Below are positions 48,652 through 57,353 of a DNA stretch of 64,000 nt, in pieces (position 1 is the first letter of the stretch; each line of letters starts with the position of its first letter). Origin of the DNA: Thermoplasmatota archaeon (GTDB lineage Archaea; Thermoplasmatota; Thermoplasmata; Thermoplasmatales; GCA-001856825). The DNA lies in the NCBI GenBank assembly GCA_023381415.1, contig JAMCUN010000020.1, positions 7,070 through 71,069 of the forward strand, given 5' to 3'. A program made the position numbers and the translations under genes. Below the pieces are notes generated by a model. The model ran no database searches and was not told the origin of the DNA. It saw only the letters and a program-made list of their open reading frames with translations.

Positions 48652-49009
48652 AATTTCGGAATGTCCACGACCATATTAGAAATTTCCAATAGATTGAATT
48701 GCATTTGATATCCTTAAATGTTAGACCAACTTCATTAACATAAATGGTCTCACGGATGCTTTCTCATGACTCACAAGAGTTCAATGGACAGGTGTCATGA
48801 CATCCTCTCCTTCAGTGCACTTCCCACCTGCTACTGTATTCATCACGTTACCCTTCCTTTCAAAATTGACCTGTCCTCCTTGTTGTATTTCTATGGCAGC
48901 TGCAAATTGCTGGATTTCCTGAATTTACCTAGTGCGTGGCTTAGGTCAAATATGCACTGGCAAACTTGTTTACCAAAAAGATTAAAAAATAGTACCAAGT
49001 AAACACGGG

Positions 49010-50884
49010 ATGGGACAATCGTCGGTTGCCACTAGCGACTATAAGCGTGAAAAGGAAGCAACTGAAAGCGACAGAAAGCTTGGAAAGAAGCTCTCTACTC
49101 TCGACTTATTTTTCCTGGCTTTTTCCGGTATGGTCGGATCAGGATGGTTGTATGGTTCTGCAGCATCAGCGTTTTACGCCGGTCCCGGATCGATATTGTC
49201 CTGGCCTATTGCAGGAGTTATAGTTTTCTTCATCCTGTTCACATGGGCGGAGGTTGGACTTACTATACCCAAGTCTGGAGGCTTGGTCAGATACAGTTCA
49301 TACGTTCATGGCCCCTTCACGTCCTTTGCGATGGGAATAACTTACTTGATGTCATCAATCGTGGTTCCCACATTAGAGGCTGAAGCAATAGTAGGGTACC
49401 TGAGTGCTTACATCCCCAATATATACAACGGAGTTGTTCTTTCTCCCGTTGGAGTTGGAATTTCAGCAGTATTCGTACTGATAATGTTCTTCGTTAACTA
49501 CTATGGAATAAACCTTCTTAGGCGCGTAAACAGCGGAGTTTCATACTGGAAAGCAATAATCCCTATACTGACATTTATCTTCCTGCTTCTCCTAGAATTC
49601 CACGGTGCCAATTACGGAATATCCGGGACTGGTTCATTCCTTCCTTACGGATTTGATGGGGTTCTTTATGCAATACCTGCAGGAGGAGTTATATTTGCGC
49701 TGGAAGGATTCAGGCAGCCGATTGAGTTTGCTGGAGAAGCGAGGAGCACTAAGAGCCTTCTCAAGGCATCGGTTGCTGCCCTCATTACTGTAATTATCCT
49801 TTACACGTTCCTAGAGATGGCTTTCGTTGGATCTGTCAGATGGTCTCTTGTTTCTGTGCTGCCAGGCAACTGGACATCCCTTGTGGGTACGGCATATTAC
49901 AGCACCCCATTCTATTTTGCTATGAAGACTTCGGCGATACCGTTGCTAGGCGCATTCGCAGTTTTACTTTTGATTGATGCCTGGGTTTCCCCATTCGGAA
50001 CCGGTTTAGTGTATTTCGGGAACGCTGCCAGGGATATTTTTGGGCTTGGCGCGGATAACTTCTTGCCAAAGGGCACCCTGAACCTGAACAAGTACCGCAT
50101 TCCATTCTGGGGTGCAATCATAACTGTGATTGCAAGTGTGTTGTTCCTGCTACCCTTCCCTTCCTGGTATGCACTCATAGGTTACGCGTCGGCCATAGGG
50201 GTCCTCAACTATACAATAGGAGGATCAATGCTTGCTCCTCTGAGGAAGCTTCTACCTAACATAAAGCGTTCATTCACTTTGCCCTATGCATCAATTATAG
50301 CACCGATAGGCTTCATTGGAGCTATACTGATTGTCTACTGGTCGGGTTTCTCTACAGTATGGGCTGTTTTGACCACCATTTTCTTATCCATTCCGATAGT
50401 ATTTTTCACCTACGTTCCAGCAAACCGAATATTGGATTCAAATGGGAAGAGTGTAACTATAGGTGCTGTCACCTTAGTCATTACAATCATAATGACCTAT
50501 TTCTCGTATATCTGGCTTGTGAACCCTCCTTCTTCCTTCTCAGTCGCTACCCAGGAGTTCTATTTCTTAGTCTATTACATCATCATGCTTGCAACAATTA
50601 TTGCAGTTATGGCAATATCTTATTATTTTATCAACAAAACGTCAAAGGCACACTTGAAAAAGATTACCTCTTTTAGCTGGGTTATTGCTCTGGTATTCGT
50701 TCTGCTGATATTCTCATTCTTTGGTTCCTTCCACTTGAATTTGATCCAATTCCCGTTGGATACAGGAGTGGTGATTGTCGCATCTATTCCCATATATTTC
50801 GTCTCCAGAAGAGCAGCATACGAAACAGAACAGCTGAAGTCCCTGAAAGAGAGCTTATCTCAGGAAGGGGACATAATGGAGTGA
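49010..50884 (+). CDS. APC-superfamily amino acid permease
   Basis: 624 aa, about 12-14 helices. The N-terminal LSTLDLFFLAFSGMVGSGWL is typical of amino-acid/polyamine permeases. Confidence 0.85.
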   Translation: MGQSSVATSDYKREKEATESDRKLGKKLSTLDLFFLAFSGMVGSGWLYGSAASAFYAGPGSILSWPIAGVIVFFILFTWAEVGLTIPKSGGLVRYSSYVHGPFTSFAMGITYLMSSIVVPTLEAEAIVGYLSAYIPNIYNGVVLSPVGVGISAVFVLIMFFVNYYGINLLRRVNSGVSYWKAIIPILTFIFLLLLEFHGANYGISGTGSFLPYGFDGVLYAIPAGGVIFALEGFRQPIEFAGEARSTKSLLKASVAALITVIILYTFLEMAFVGSVRWSLVSVLPGNWTSLVGTAYYSTPFYFAMKTSAIPLLGAFAVLLLIDAWVSPFGTGLVYFGNAARDIFGLGADNFLPKGTLNLNKYRIPFWGAIITVIASVLFLLPFPSWYALIGYASAIGVLNYTIGGSMLAPLRKLLPNIKRSFTLPYASIIAPIGFIGAILIVYWSGFSTVWAVLTTIFLSIPIVFFTYVPANRILDSNGKSVTIGAVTLVITIIMTYFSYIWLVNPPSSFSVATQEFYFLVYYIIMLATIIAVMAISYYFINKTSKAHLKKITSFSWVIALVFVLLIFSFFGSFHLNLIQFPLDTGVVIVASIPIYFVSRRAAYETEQLKSLKESLSQEGDIME

Positions 50885-51070
50885 AGCCAAACGTTCAATC
50901 ACAACAACAGCAGATTCGCATCTTCCTATTTTTTAATCATTGATTTATTTCTTCTTCCCGGCTATCCTGCAGAATCCTGCCCTTAAAGGAACACAGTTTG
51001 TCCACTATTGAATGAGCCCTGTGATAGTGGAATTAATTTCTGGTCGATTAGGTGGACATAAATCGTTTCT

Positions 51071-52282
51071 TTATTCTCGGGGATTAACGATGTCTCCCTT
51101 CACTGTGAACTCGTTTATCACAATTTTCCTTCTTGTGAGTTCCTGAACTACCCTTTTGAATAACGCTTCGTCTAGCGCTCTTTCTGGTGGCAGGAATCCT
51201 GATTTACTAATGACCCCATCGTAAAGCATTTTTGCCACAATCACGCAGGTATATCCAGTGGTCCTGGCCATCGATGTCACGTTTCCATCATCGTCGTGCC
51301 TGTCATAAAGTTCCTGAACTACCGTTAAACGTTTCCCACCTTTCATTCCTTTCACTTCCACCTTCATAAGAGTAATGTCTCGGTCTCCCTCACCAAGTTT
51401 CAGGCTGCGGTTCATAACCGCGGACAGCACTTCTGAAGGTTTGACTGTGCAACTTCGTTTGACTTGTATTTCTTCGTTTGAAAACATCCCCAGATTTCTT
51501 AGAAAATTTATTCTGTCCACGTGACCTGTCCATCTTACCGTCTTTTCTTCCATGTTTGGTATATCTGGAAACGAATCGATCAGTGTTGACAGGCCGTCTG
51601 TCAAGAATGCTTCAAAATCTCCTCCCTTGAATGATACGAAGTTTACCCTCTCGACTTCGCTCATAGGCGGCAAGTATAACATTTTGCCATTTCTCTTCAC
51701 CCTGGCATCCCTGATGTATTCGTTGACAACACTAGTTGCCGAGAACACAATCTTATAGTCCAAAGGTTCTGCTCTTCTATCAGGTACTCCTCCAACGTAT
51801 ATGATGACAGAATCAACACTGTCAAGCTGCCTGATTCCGTGTGCGACCATTGCATTGGATAACCCGGGAGCTACTCCCATAGAAGTGATTACTGTAATCT
51901 TCCTTTTCCTTGCTGCTTCGTCAATGGTCTTGAATTTTTTCAGGTGCTGGTCATAAACAAGATCGATATAATTTATGCCAGCGTTGAGGCATATTTCGAG
52001 AGCTTGCGGCGAAACGGAGTGTGGGAGCGAGCCAATGCCGATCCTGCACCCTCTCGCTAATTCTGTTAAATGCTCCTTATCAAGAACGATATCTTCCTCA
52101 ACTTTTGTGATCTTTACTTTTCTCTTAGAGGCACGTATCCGTTTAGCAAGTTCATCTATTTTCTTAAGATTCAGTTTGGAATTATCTACCACAATAAGTT
52201 CATCTACGTCCCACCTGAGTCCTATCTCGTGTGCGATTGTGAACCCCATAAGTCCAAGTCCAAACAGGATCACTTTCTTCAT
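51071..52282 (-). CDS. Saccharopine-dehydrogenase-like NAD(P) oxidoreductase (long form)
   Basis: KKVILFGLGLMGFTIA Rossmann start. MGVAPGLSN. 403 aa. Confidence 0.75.
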   Translation of the reverse strand: MKKVILFGLGLMGFTIAHEIGLRWDVDELIVVDNSKLNLKKIDELAKRIRASKRKVKITKVEEDIVLDKEHLTELARGCRIGIGSLPHSVSPQALEICLNAGINYIDLVYDQHLKKFKTIDEAARKRKITVITSMGVAPGLSNAMVAHGIRQLDSVDSVIIYVGGVPDRRAEPLDYKIVFSATSVVNEYIRDARVKRNGKMLYLPPMSEVERVNFVSFKGGDFEAFLTDGLSTLIDSFPDIPNMEEKTVRWTGHVDRINFLRNLGMFSNEEIQVKRSCTVKPSEVLSAVMNRSLKLGEGDRDITLMKVEVKGMKGGKRLTVVQELYDRHDDDGNVTSMARTTGYTCVIVAKMLYDGVISKSGFLPPERALDEALFKRVVQELTRRKIVINEFTVKGDIVNPRE

Positions 52283-52295
52283 AGTTTCAAATTAG

Positions 52296-52320
52296 TATAT
52301 TCAGGTATTACTTGAATATA
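52296..52320. promoter_or_regulatory. 8-bp perfect inverted repeat TATATTCA N9 TGAATATA over the presumed TATA region of the gene at 51071-52282
   Basis: Read directly. It lies 14-38 nt upstream of the start codon at 52282 (minus strand). Confidence 0.4.
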
Positions 52321-52365
52321 ACTGCTGGCAACTTCGAGAATTATAATAATTATAAGCCCTTGAAT

Positions 52366-52393
52366 CATTCGCAGTTTTACTTTTGATTGATGC
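52366..52393. repeat. 28-nt exact copy of a segment of the permease coding region (49943-49970)
   Basis: CATTCGCAGTTTTACTTTTGATTGATGC occurs at both positions in the same orientation. The flanks are unrelated on both sides. Confidence 0.9.
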
Positions 52394-52715
52394 ACTGTAG
52401 ATTCAGATTTGATGATGAGCGTGATGCATTTCCAAGACCTTTTTTCTAGATAATCCAGAAATTCCACTTCCGGTTTTTCAAAGAATACGATAATAATAGG
52501 CCTCACTCCTCTATAGATTATCTTCCTCCAATGGAGTTCAGGAGGGAGTTCCTGAATTACCGATCATTCAGGGAAGCATATACCAAGAAACTCGATGTGA
52601 AAATGAATAAAAAATGATGAAAATTGTTACGAATTTGAGGGTAGAAGACCTCCTGATAAATACCAATAAATTACCATTGGAAACTATATTAATGAAAAAG
52701 TGTATGGTTTCATTT

Positions 52716-53693
52716 ATGGTGAATCTGGAGAATTTAAAAAAGAAATCTGAATACCGGGAGATAAAGGAGACAATTGTTCCAGAAAGACTGAAGGAGGGTG
52801 ACACGATAGGTATAATTGCACCTGCAAGTGCTCCAGACATGAAGCAGCTGTCCCTTTCGATAAACAGGCTTTCGAAGATGGGTTATAAGTTCTCCCTTGG
52901 ACGTAACATCAGGAAACTTGTCCAGAAGAATTCTCTTGCTGCACCAAAGAAGGACAGGGCAGACGAATTCAATGAAGCATTCAAGAACGACAACATCAAG
53001 ATGATCCTATGCGCCAGAGGAGGGTACGGCTCCATCCACATCCTCCCATATCTGGACTATGACCTTGTCAGGGAACATCCGAAGATATTCGTCGGTTACA
53101 GCGACATTACGGCACTTCACTTTGCATTGAACAAACTTTCCGGGCTTGTCACGTTTCACGGCCCGATGCCTGCATCCGATCCTGACGAGTATTCAGGAGC
53201 AACATTCAAGCATTTCATCAACGTTCTCTCAGGAAAAAGCACTGACCTATCAGCCTTCGTGAACGTCTTCGTAAAATACATCTACAAAGGGAAGGTCTAC
53301 GGAAAGTCCCTGGGGACTAATATCTCTGTTGGCGCATCACTTATAGGCACGCCTTACTACCCAAACCCGTCGGGGAAGATCCTCTTCAGCGAAGACACAG
53401 GAATAACGTCAGGTGATCTTGATAGATACTTCTCTGTAATGCAGTTGACTGGTATACTCAAGAAATTACAAGGCTTCGTATTCGGCGAGTTCAGGCAGAT
53501 CAACGAAATGGAGGAACCGATGCCCTACATCGAGGACATCATTCAGCAATACATCGAGGAACTTGAGAAACCATCGATATTCGGACTTCCATTTGGACAC
53601 GGCGAGGACCAAATGCTCATACCCCTTAACGCAAAGATGTCCATTTCTTCTGACTATCCGTACGTTGAGTTAGACCAGAATGTGGTGGAATAG
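52716..53693 (+). CDS. LD-carboxypeptidase (peptidase S66, LdcA/MccF-like)
   Basis: GDTIGIIAPASAP, GYSDITALH (Ser nucleophile), SEDTG...LDRYF, GLPFGHG (His). The track ORF begins at 52614. In-frame ATGs occur at 52692, 52704 and 52716. CTATATTAAT at 52683-52692 favours 52716. Confidence 0.85.
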   Translation: MVNLENLKKKSEYREIKETIVPERLKEGDTIGIIAPASAPDMKQLSLSINRLSKMGYKFSLGRNIRKLVQKNSLAAPKKDRADEFNEAFKNDNIKMILCARGGYGSIHILPYLDYDLVREHPKIFVGYSDITALHFALNKLSGLVTFHGPMPASDPDEYSGATFKHFINVLSGKSTDLSAFVNVFVKYIYKGKVYGKSLGTNISVGASLIGTPYYPNPSGKILFSEDTGITSGDLDRYFSVMQLTGILKKLQGFVFGEFRQINEMEEPMPYIEDIIQQYIEELEKPSIFGLPFGHGEDQMLIPLNAKMSISSDYPYVELDQNVVE

Positions 53694-53917
53694 GAATCAC
53701 TGCAAATACGCTCCGTAGGTAAGGGGTAGTCAACTGTAATCACACTCCTGCACTGGAAAGCCTTACCTGGGGGCATCATTCACGGAATAGGGGACTTCCA
53801 GAAATTTATGAGGTGGATTTGCTAGCATGCATATTCCCTCCCTTTTCGTCTCGTGGATGGAAAGTTCGAATGTACCACCTCCCCATTTATGGGGTTGAAA
53901 CTGAATCTTGAATGATA

Positions 53918-54017
53918 TGCCGGGGCTGGGATTTGAACCCAGGACCTCCGGATTTCTCCGGAAGATTGAACTTTATTCCCTATGAGTCCGGCGCTCCACC
54001 AGCTAAGCTACCCCGGC
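53918..54017 (-). tRNA. tRNA-Met: tRNA-Met (CAT anticodon, elongator-type acceptor stem) with a 27-nt intron 3' of position 37
   Basis: Minus strand: GCCGGGG TA GCTTAGCTGGTGGAGC G CCGGA CTCATA [GGGAATAAAGTTCAATCTTCCGGAGAA] A TCCGG AGGTC CTGGG TTCAAAT CCCAG CCCCGGC A. The cloverleaf folds by hand. The mature length is 73 nt. CCA is not encoded. The CAT anticodon could alternatively be tRNA-Ile2. Confidence 0.85.
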
Positions 54018-54677
54018 TTCAGATTCTTCTTCCTCTTCCACCGGCTCCTCTTCTACCTTCTTTCTTTCCCCAACTTCCTTCGTCGGTTCGAAAATTTCCG
54101 AACTCCTTATCTCAATCTTCTTCGCCGGATAGATGACCTTTATCTGGTCGTAAAGATCGTTGTAGATCTGGGGAGACAGCATATAGACGACGAACTGGCT
54201 AATGGGCTGCTCCCTCACCTTTGCCTTGAGGAACTCTGCAACCTTGTTCCTGATGCCAGTCTCTACGTTGTTTATGATCTTCCTGTCCACAACTATCAAT
54301 GGTTTGATCCTGATGTTAACGTTGTCGGATGTCACAGTATCTACAACCAGGTCAATCCTGGTCTTCCTCCTCCTTATCATCCTTCTGATGTAATCCTGGT
54401 TTATCTCATGCCCCTCAAATTCAGTGAATGCCCTGTCCCCCTCAGTCTTGGTTACCCTGAAGAAGAGTTTTATGTGGCTCTGCTTGAAATCACCTGTAAT
54501 GTCAGAGAGCGATGCCTCTGAAACCCTGCCGATCATCTCTTCTGGAGACGAGGCGGGTGAACTTCCTATCTCCTTCTTGCCGAAAGATTCGTTTGCCAGT
54601 ATCGTGTACCAGCTCTTCGCCTTCCACTTGTCCTTCACCTTCTTCGCTGCGACCCTGCTTGTTTTCTCCTTAGCCAA
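54003..54677 (-). CDS. rps3ae: 30S ribosomal protein S3Ae (eS1)
   Basis: AAKKVKDKWKAKSWYTILANESFG is the characteristic N-terminus. TTG start. Acidic tail. The last 5 codons (including the TAG stop) lie inside the tRNA-Met gene. Confidence 0.9.
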   Translation of the reverse strand: MAKEKTSRVAAKKVKDKWKAKSWYTILANESFGKKEIGSSPASSPEEMIGRVSEASLSDITGDFKQSHIKLFFRVTKTEGDRAFTEFEGHEINQDYIRRMIRRRKTRIDLVVDTVTSDNVNIRIKPLIVVDRKIINNVETGIRNKVAEFLKAKVREQPISQFVVYMLSPQIYNDLYDQIKVIYPAKKIEIRSSEIFEPTKEVGERKKVEEEPVEEEEESEAGVA

Positions 54678-54798
54678 ACGCTACCATCTCTTCTATCGGC
54701 AACGTTTGAGTTAATAAATACTTTTTTGAAAGCGACATGATGGTCGTTCCCTTCGCATTTTCCTTACTTATAAATATGGATTATACATCCCATCATAA

Positions 54799-56373
54799 AT
54801 GGTATTGATTAGGTTTAACAGTGAGAAGCTAGTGAATTTCTCCGGGCTGTCTAAGGAGAGACTGGTCAAGGTGCCCTGGCTGCTAGGGGGGGAGGGCAGG
54901 GAGGAGGATGGGGACATTGTCATGGAATTCAACCCCGACAGGCCAGACCTGTACTCTATACAGGGAGTCACAAGGGCAATAAGGACGTTTGACGGTATAG
55001 AGAAGTTTACTAATCAAACCATAAACGACGAGGACCTTGAGGTCCATTCATTTCCCCCCAGATACAGGAAGTATTTCTCAGTGGGTATAGTGAGGGGATG
55101 CAACCTGAGGAACCTCATTCCTGAAATAATAGACTTCCAGGAGAAGATCGACCTGACCGTTGGGAGGCACAGGCGTCTCTCTTCCATAGGCCTTCACGAC
55201 CTGAGCAAGGTGAAATTCCCGATAACGTACAAGGAAGTGACAAGGGATGGAAGGTTCGTGCCGCTCAAGGAGACGGAGGAGGTAAGGATTGATGAGTTCA
55301 TGAAACAGCACCAGAAGGCGATGGAATACGGGGACCTTGTTGGAGACAGGATACCTGCGATCATAGATTCAGAGGGGAGGATCATCTCCCTCCCTCCGAT
55401 CTTGAACTCGGCTGTCACGACAGTGACTGAGGATACTGTTGACCTGCTTGTGGATGTTGAAGGCACAAGCAAGAATGCTGTTGAGAGGACAATGAAGCTG
55501 ATGCTCACGGCTCTTTCATACCCATCTGGCACAATTTCTAGGGTCAGGCTGAACGGAGAAATATCGCCACCCCTTAAGAACGATGAGAAGAAAATTTCAA
55601 GACAGTCTGTGAAAAGGCTGCTGGGTTACGACATACCGGATGAGGAGATCAGATCATCACTTGAGAGGATGGGATACGGTTTCATGGAAGGGAAAGTCGT
55701 TGTACCGCTATACAGGACGGACATAATTGCTGACGTTGATATCATAGAGGACATTTTCAAGGGGATAGGTTACGATAATGTTCGGAGGATGAAGGAGGGC
55801 TTCGTGAGCTACGGCAAGGAGAACCCGCTGAGGGCGATGGAAGGCAAGATCAGGCAGCTGCTTGTCGGGTACAACATGAGCGAGACCGTGAGCAGCTCGC
55901 TTGCGAACAGCAGGTACAATTCAATATACGGATTCAACGACAGGAAGATGGAAATAGTAAACCCTGTCAGCCAGGAGCAGGATTCCATAAGGACAAGGAT
56001 GTCCCCCTCCCTTATGCAGACGTTCGTCAACAACTTCAGGAATCCATACCCCCAGAGGATATTCGAAATAGGGAGCGTTTACGTTGATGGTCAGGAGAAG
56101 GATGTCCTTGGGGTGGGAATAGCGGACAAGGCAGCTTCATTCTCCGAGATCAAAGGCATATTCGTGAGCATCCTGGAAGACCTCGGGATAGAGGGGTACG
56201 AGATGGTGAGGGATGAACTGGCAATGTATGCTCCCGGCAGACTTGCTGCCATCTCCATGAACGGCAGGAAGATCGGATTCTTCGGAGAGGTTCACCCTGG
56301 CATACTTAGGAACGTCGGTATTAAGATGCCGGTCGTGATGGGAGAGATCGACATTCAAGAGGTAATGCGTTGA
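54799..56373 (+). CDS. pheT: Phenylalanine--tRNA ligase beta subunit (archaeal type)
   Basis: EFNPDRPDLYSIQGVTRAIR is the archaeal PheT N-terminal motif. 524 aa. TATA box (CTTATAAATA) about 26-35 nt upstream of the ATG. Confidence 0.88.
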   Translation: MVLIRFNSEKLVNFSGLSKERLVKVPWLLGGEGREEDGDIVMEFNPDRPDLYSIQGVTRAIRTFDGIEKFTNQTINDEDLEVHSFPPRYRKYFSVGIVRGCNLRNLIPEIIDFQEKIDLTVGRHRRLSSIGLHDLSKVKFPITYKEVTRDGRFVPLKETEEVRIDEFMKQHQKAMEYGDLVGDRIPAIIDSEGRIISLPPILNSAVTTVTEDTVDLLVDVEGTSKNAVERTMKLMLTALSYPSGTISRVRLNGEISPPLKNDEKKISRQSVKRLLGYDIPDEEIRSSLERMGYGFMEGKVVVPLYRTDIIADVDIIEDIFKGIGYDNVRRMKEGFVSYGKENPLRAMEGKIRQLLVGYNMSETVSSSLANSRYNSIYGFNDRKMEIVNPVSQEQDSIRTRMSPSLMQTFVNNFRNPYPQRIFEIGSVYVDGQEKDVLGVGIADKAASFSEIKGIFVSILEDLGIEGYEMVRDELAMYAPGRLAAISMNGRKIGFFGEVHPGILRNVGIKMPVVMGEIDIQEVMR

Positions 56374-57353
56374 TTCCTGATAAGATACCGACTGTTCCGG
56401 ATTCGAAGGAGATAATCGAGAGGAGTTTCAAGGACATAAAGAAAGTTCAGAATGTATACATGCCAAACTTCATCAGCAAGCTGAAATCAATCTCCATCCA
56501 GAAGATAAAGCTCATGGAGTCAACAGCCCTCAGGGCCATAGGGAGGGTTTACGACGGGTTCCCGAAGTTCGACGACCTTGACAGGTTCGAACGGGACGTC
56601 CTATTCATCATGGTTAACGGCAGGGAATACGAAAGGTCCCTGAACAACCTGAAATGGGCTAGAAGCAAGATTGCAGAGTTTGCGACAAACTCAATAAAGG
56701 GCATAAAGAAGGCGCCCAGCCTTACGGCTATCGCTAGATTCAGGTCGTCCTTCTACGGAAGATTCTCGTCGGTGATAGAGGACCTGGATGAATCGCTGAC
56801 CTTCCTCAAGGAGGCAAGGGAAGCCCTGAAGAAGGTGCCGCAGGTCAGCAGGGAGATGAAGATAATCATAATCGCAGGATTCCCAAATGTAGGGAAGTCA
56901 TCGCTGATTTCAAAGCTCACCAACCTGAATCCCGAAATTGCGGATTACCCGTTCACTACCAAGAGCATCAACGTGGGGATGATGAAGATGGGAACCAGCA
57001 TCTACGAGGTCCTTGACGTCCCTGGGCTTCTCAACAGGAAGAACCACAACTCGATAGAGAGGGTTGCGCTCGCCGCAATAGACAACATAGGGAACCTGGT
57101 GGTATGCATGCTCGATCCTTCAGAGGAGTGCGGCTACCGGCTCGAGGACCAGAAGAGGCTCTGCGATTCCATCAGGGAGCTGGGGAAGAACGTCCTCGTG
57201 GTGGAAAACAAGTCTGACCTTCAGGTCACTGACAGCAGAAACCTGAAGATATCGTGTGCAACGGGTGAGGGGATTGAGGAGCTTAAGAAGATAATGGAGG
57301 CGAATATTGGTGGAGGACAAGATAAGGGCAATAGCGTCTTTCAACGCGCTTGA
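56370..57353 (+). CDS. NOG1-family GTP-binding protein
   Basis: G1 motif IIIAGFPNVGKSS, G3 motif DVPGLL, G4 motif NKSD. TTG start overlapping the pheT stop codon. Confidence 0.85.
   Translation: MIPDKIPTVPDSKEIIERSFKDIKKVQNVYMPNFISKLKSISIQKIKLMESTALRAIGRVYDGFPKFDDLDRFERDVLFIMVNGREYERSLNNLKWARSKIAEFATNSIKGIKKAPSLTAIARFRSSFYGRFSSVIEDLDESLTFLKEAREALKKVPQVSREMKIIIIAGFPNVGKSSLISKLTNLNPEIADYPFTTKSINVGMMKMGTSIYEVLDVPGLLNRKNHNSIERVALAAIDNIGNLVVCMLDPSEECGYRLEDQKRLCDSIRELGKNVLVVENKSDLQVTDSRNLKISCATGEGIEELKKIMEANIGGGQDKGNSVFQRA

Noticed and set aside
52405-52417. GATGATGA resembling a box C of a C/D sRNA
   Set aside because: There is no CTGA box D or D' at a suitable distance on either strand, and no terminal stem.
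53912-54521. Plus-strand ORFs 53912-54136 and 53982-54521
   Set aside because: They overlap the tRNA-Met gene and run antisense to the well-supported S3Ae gene.
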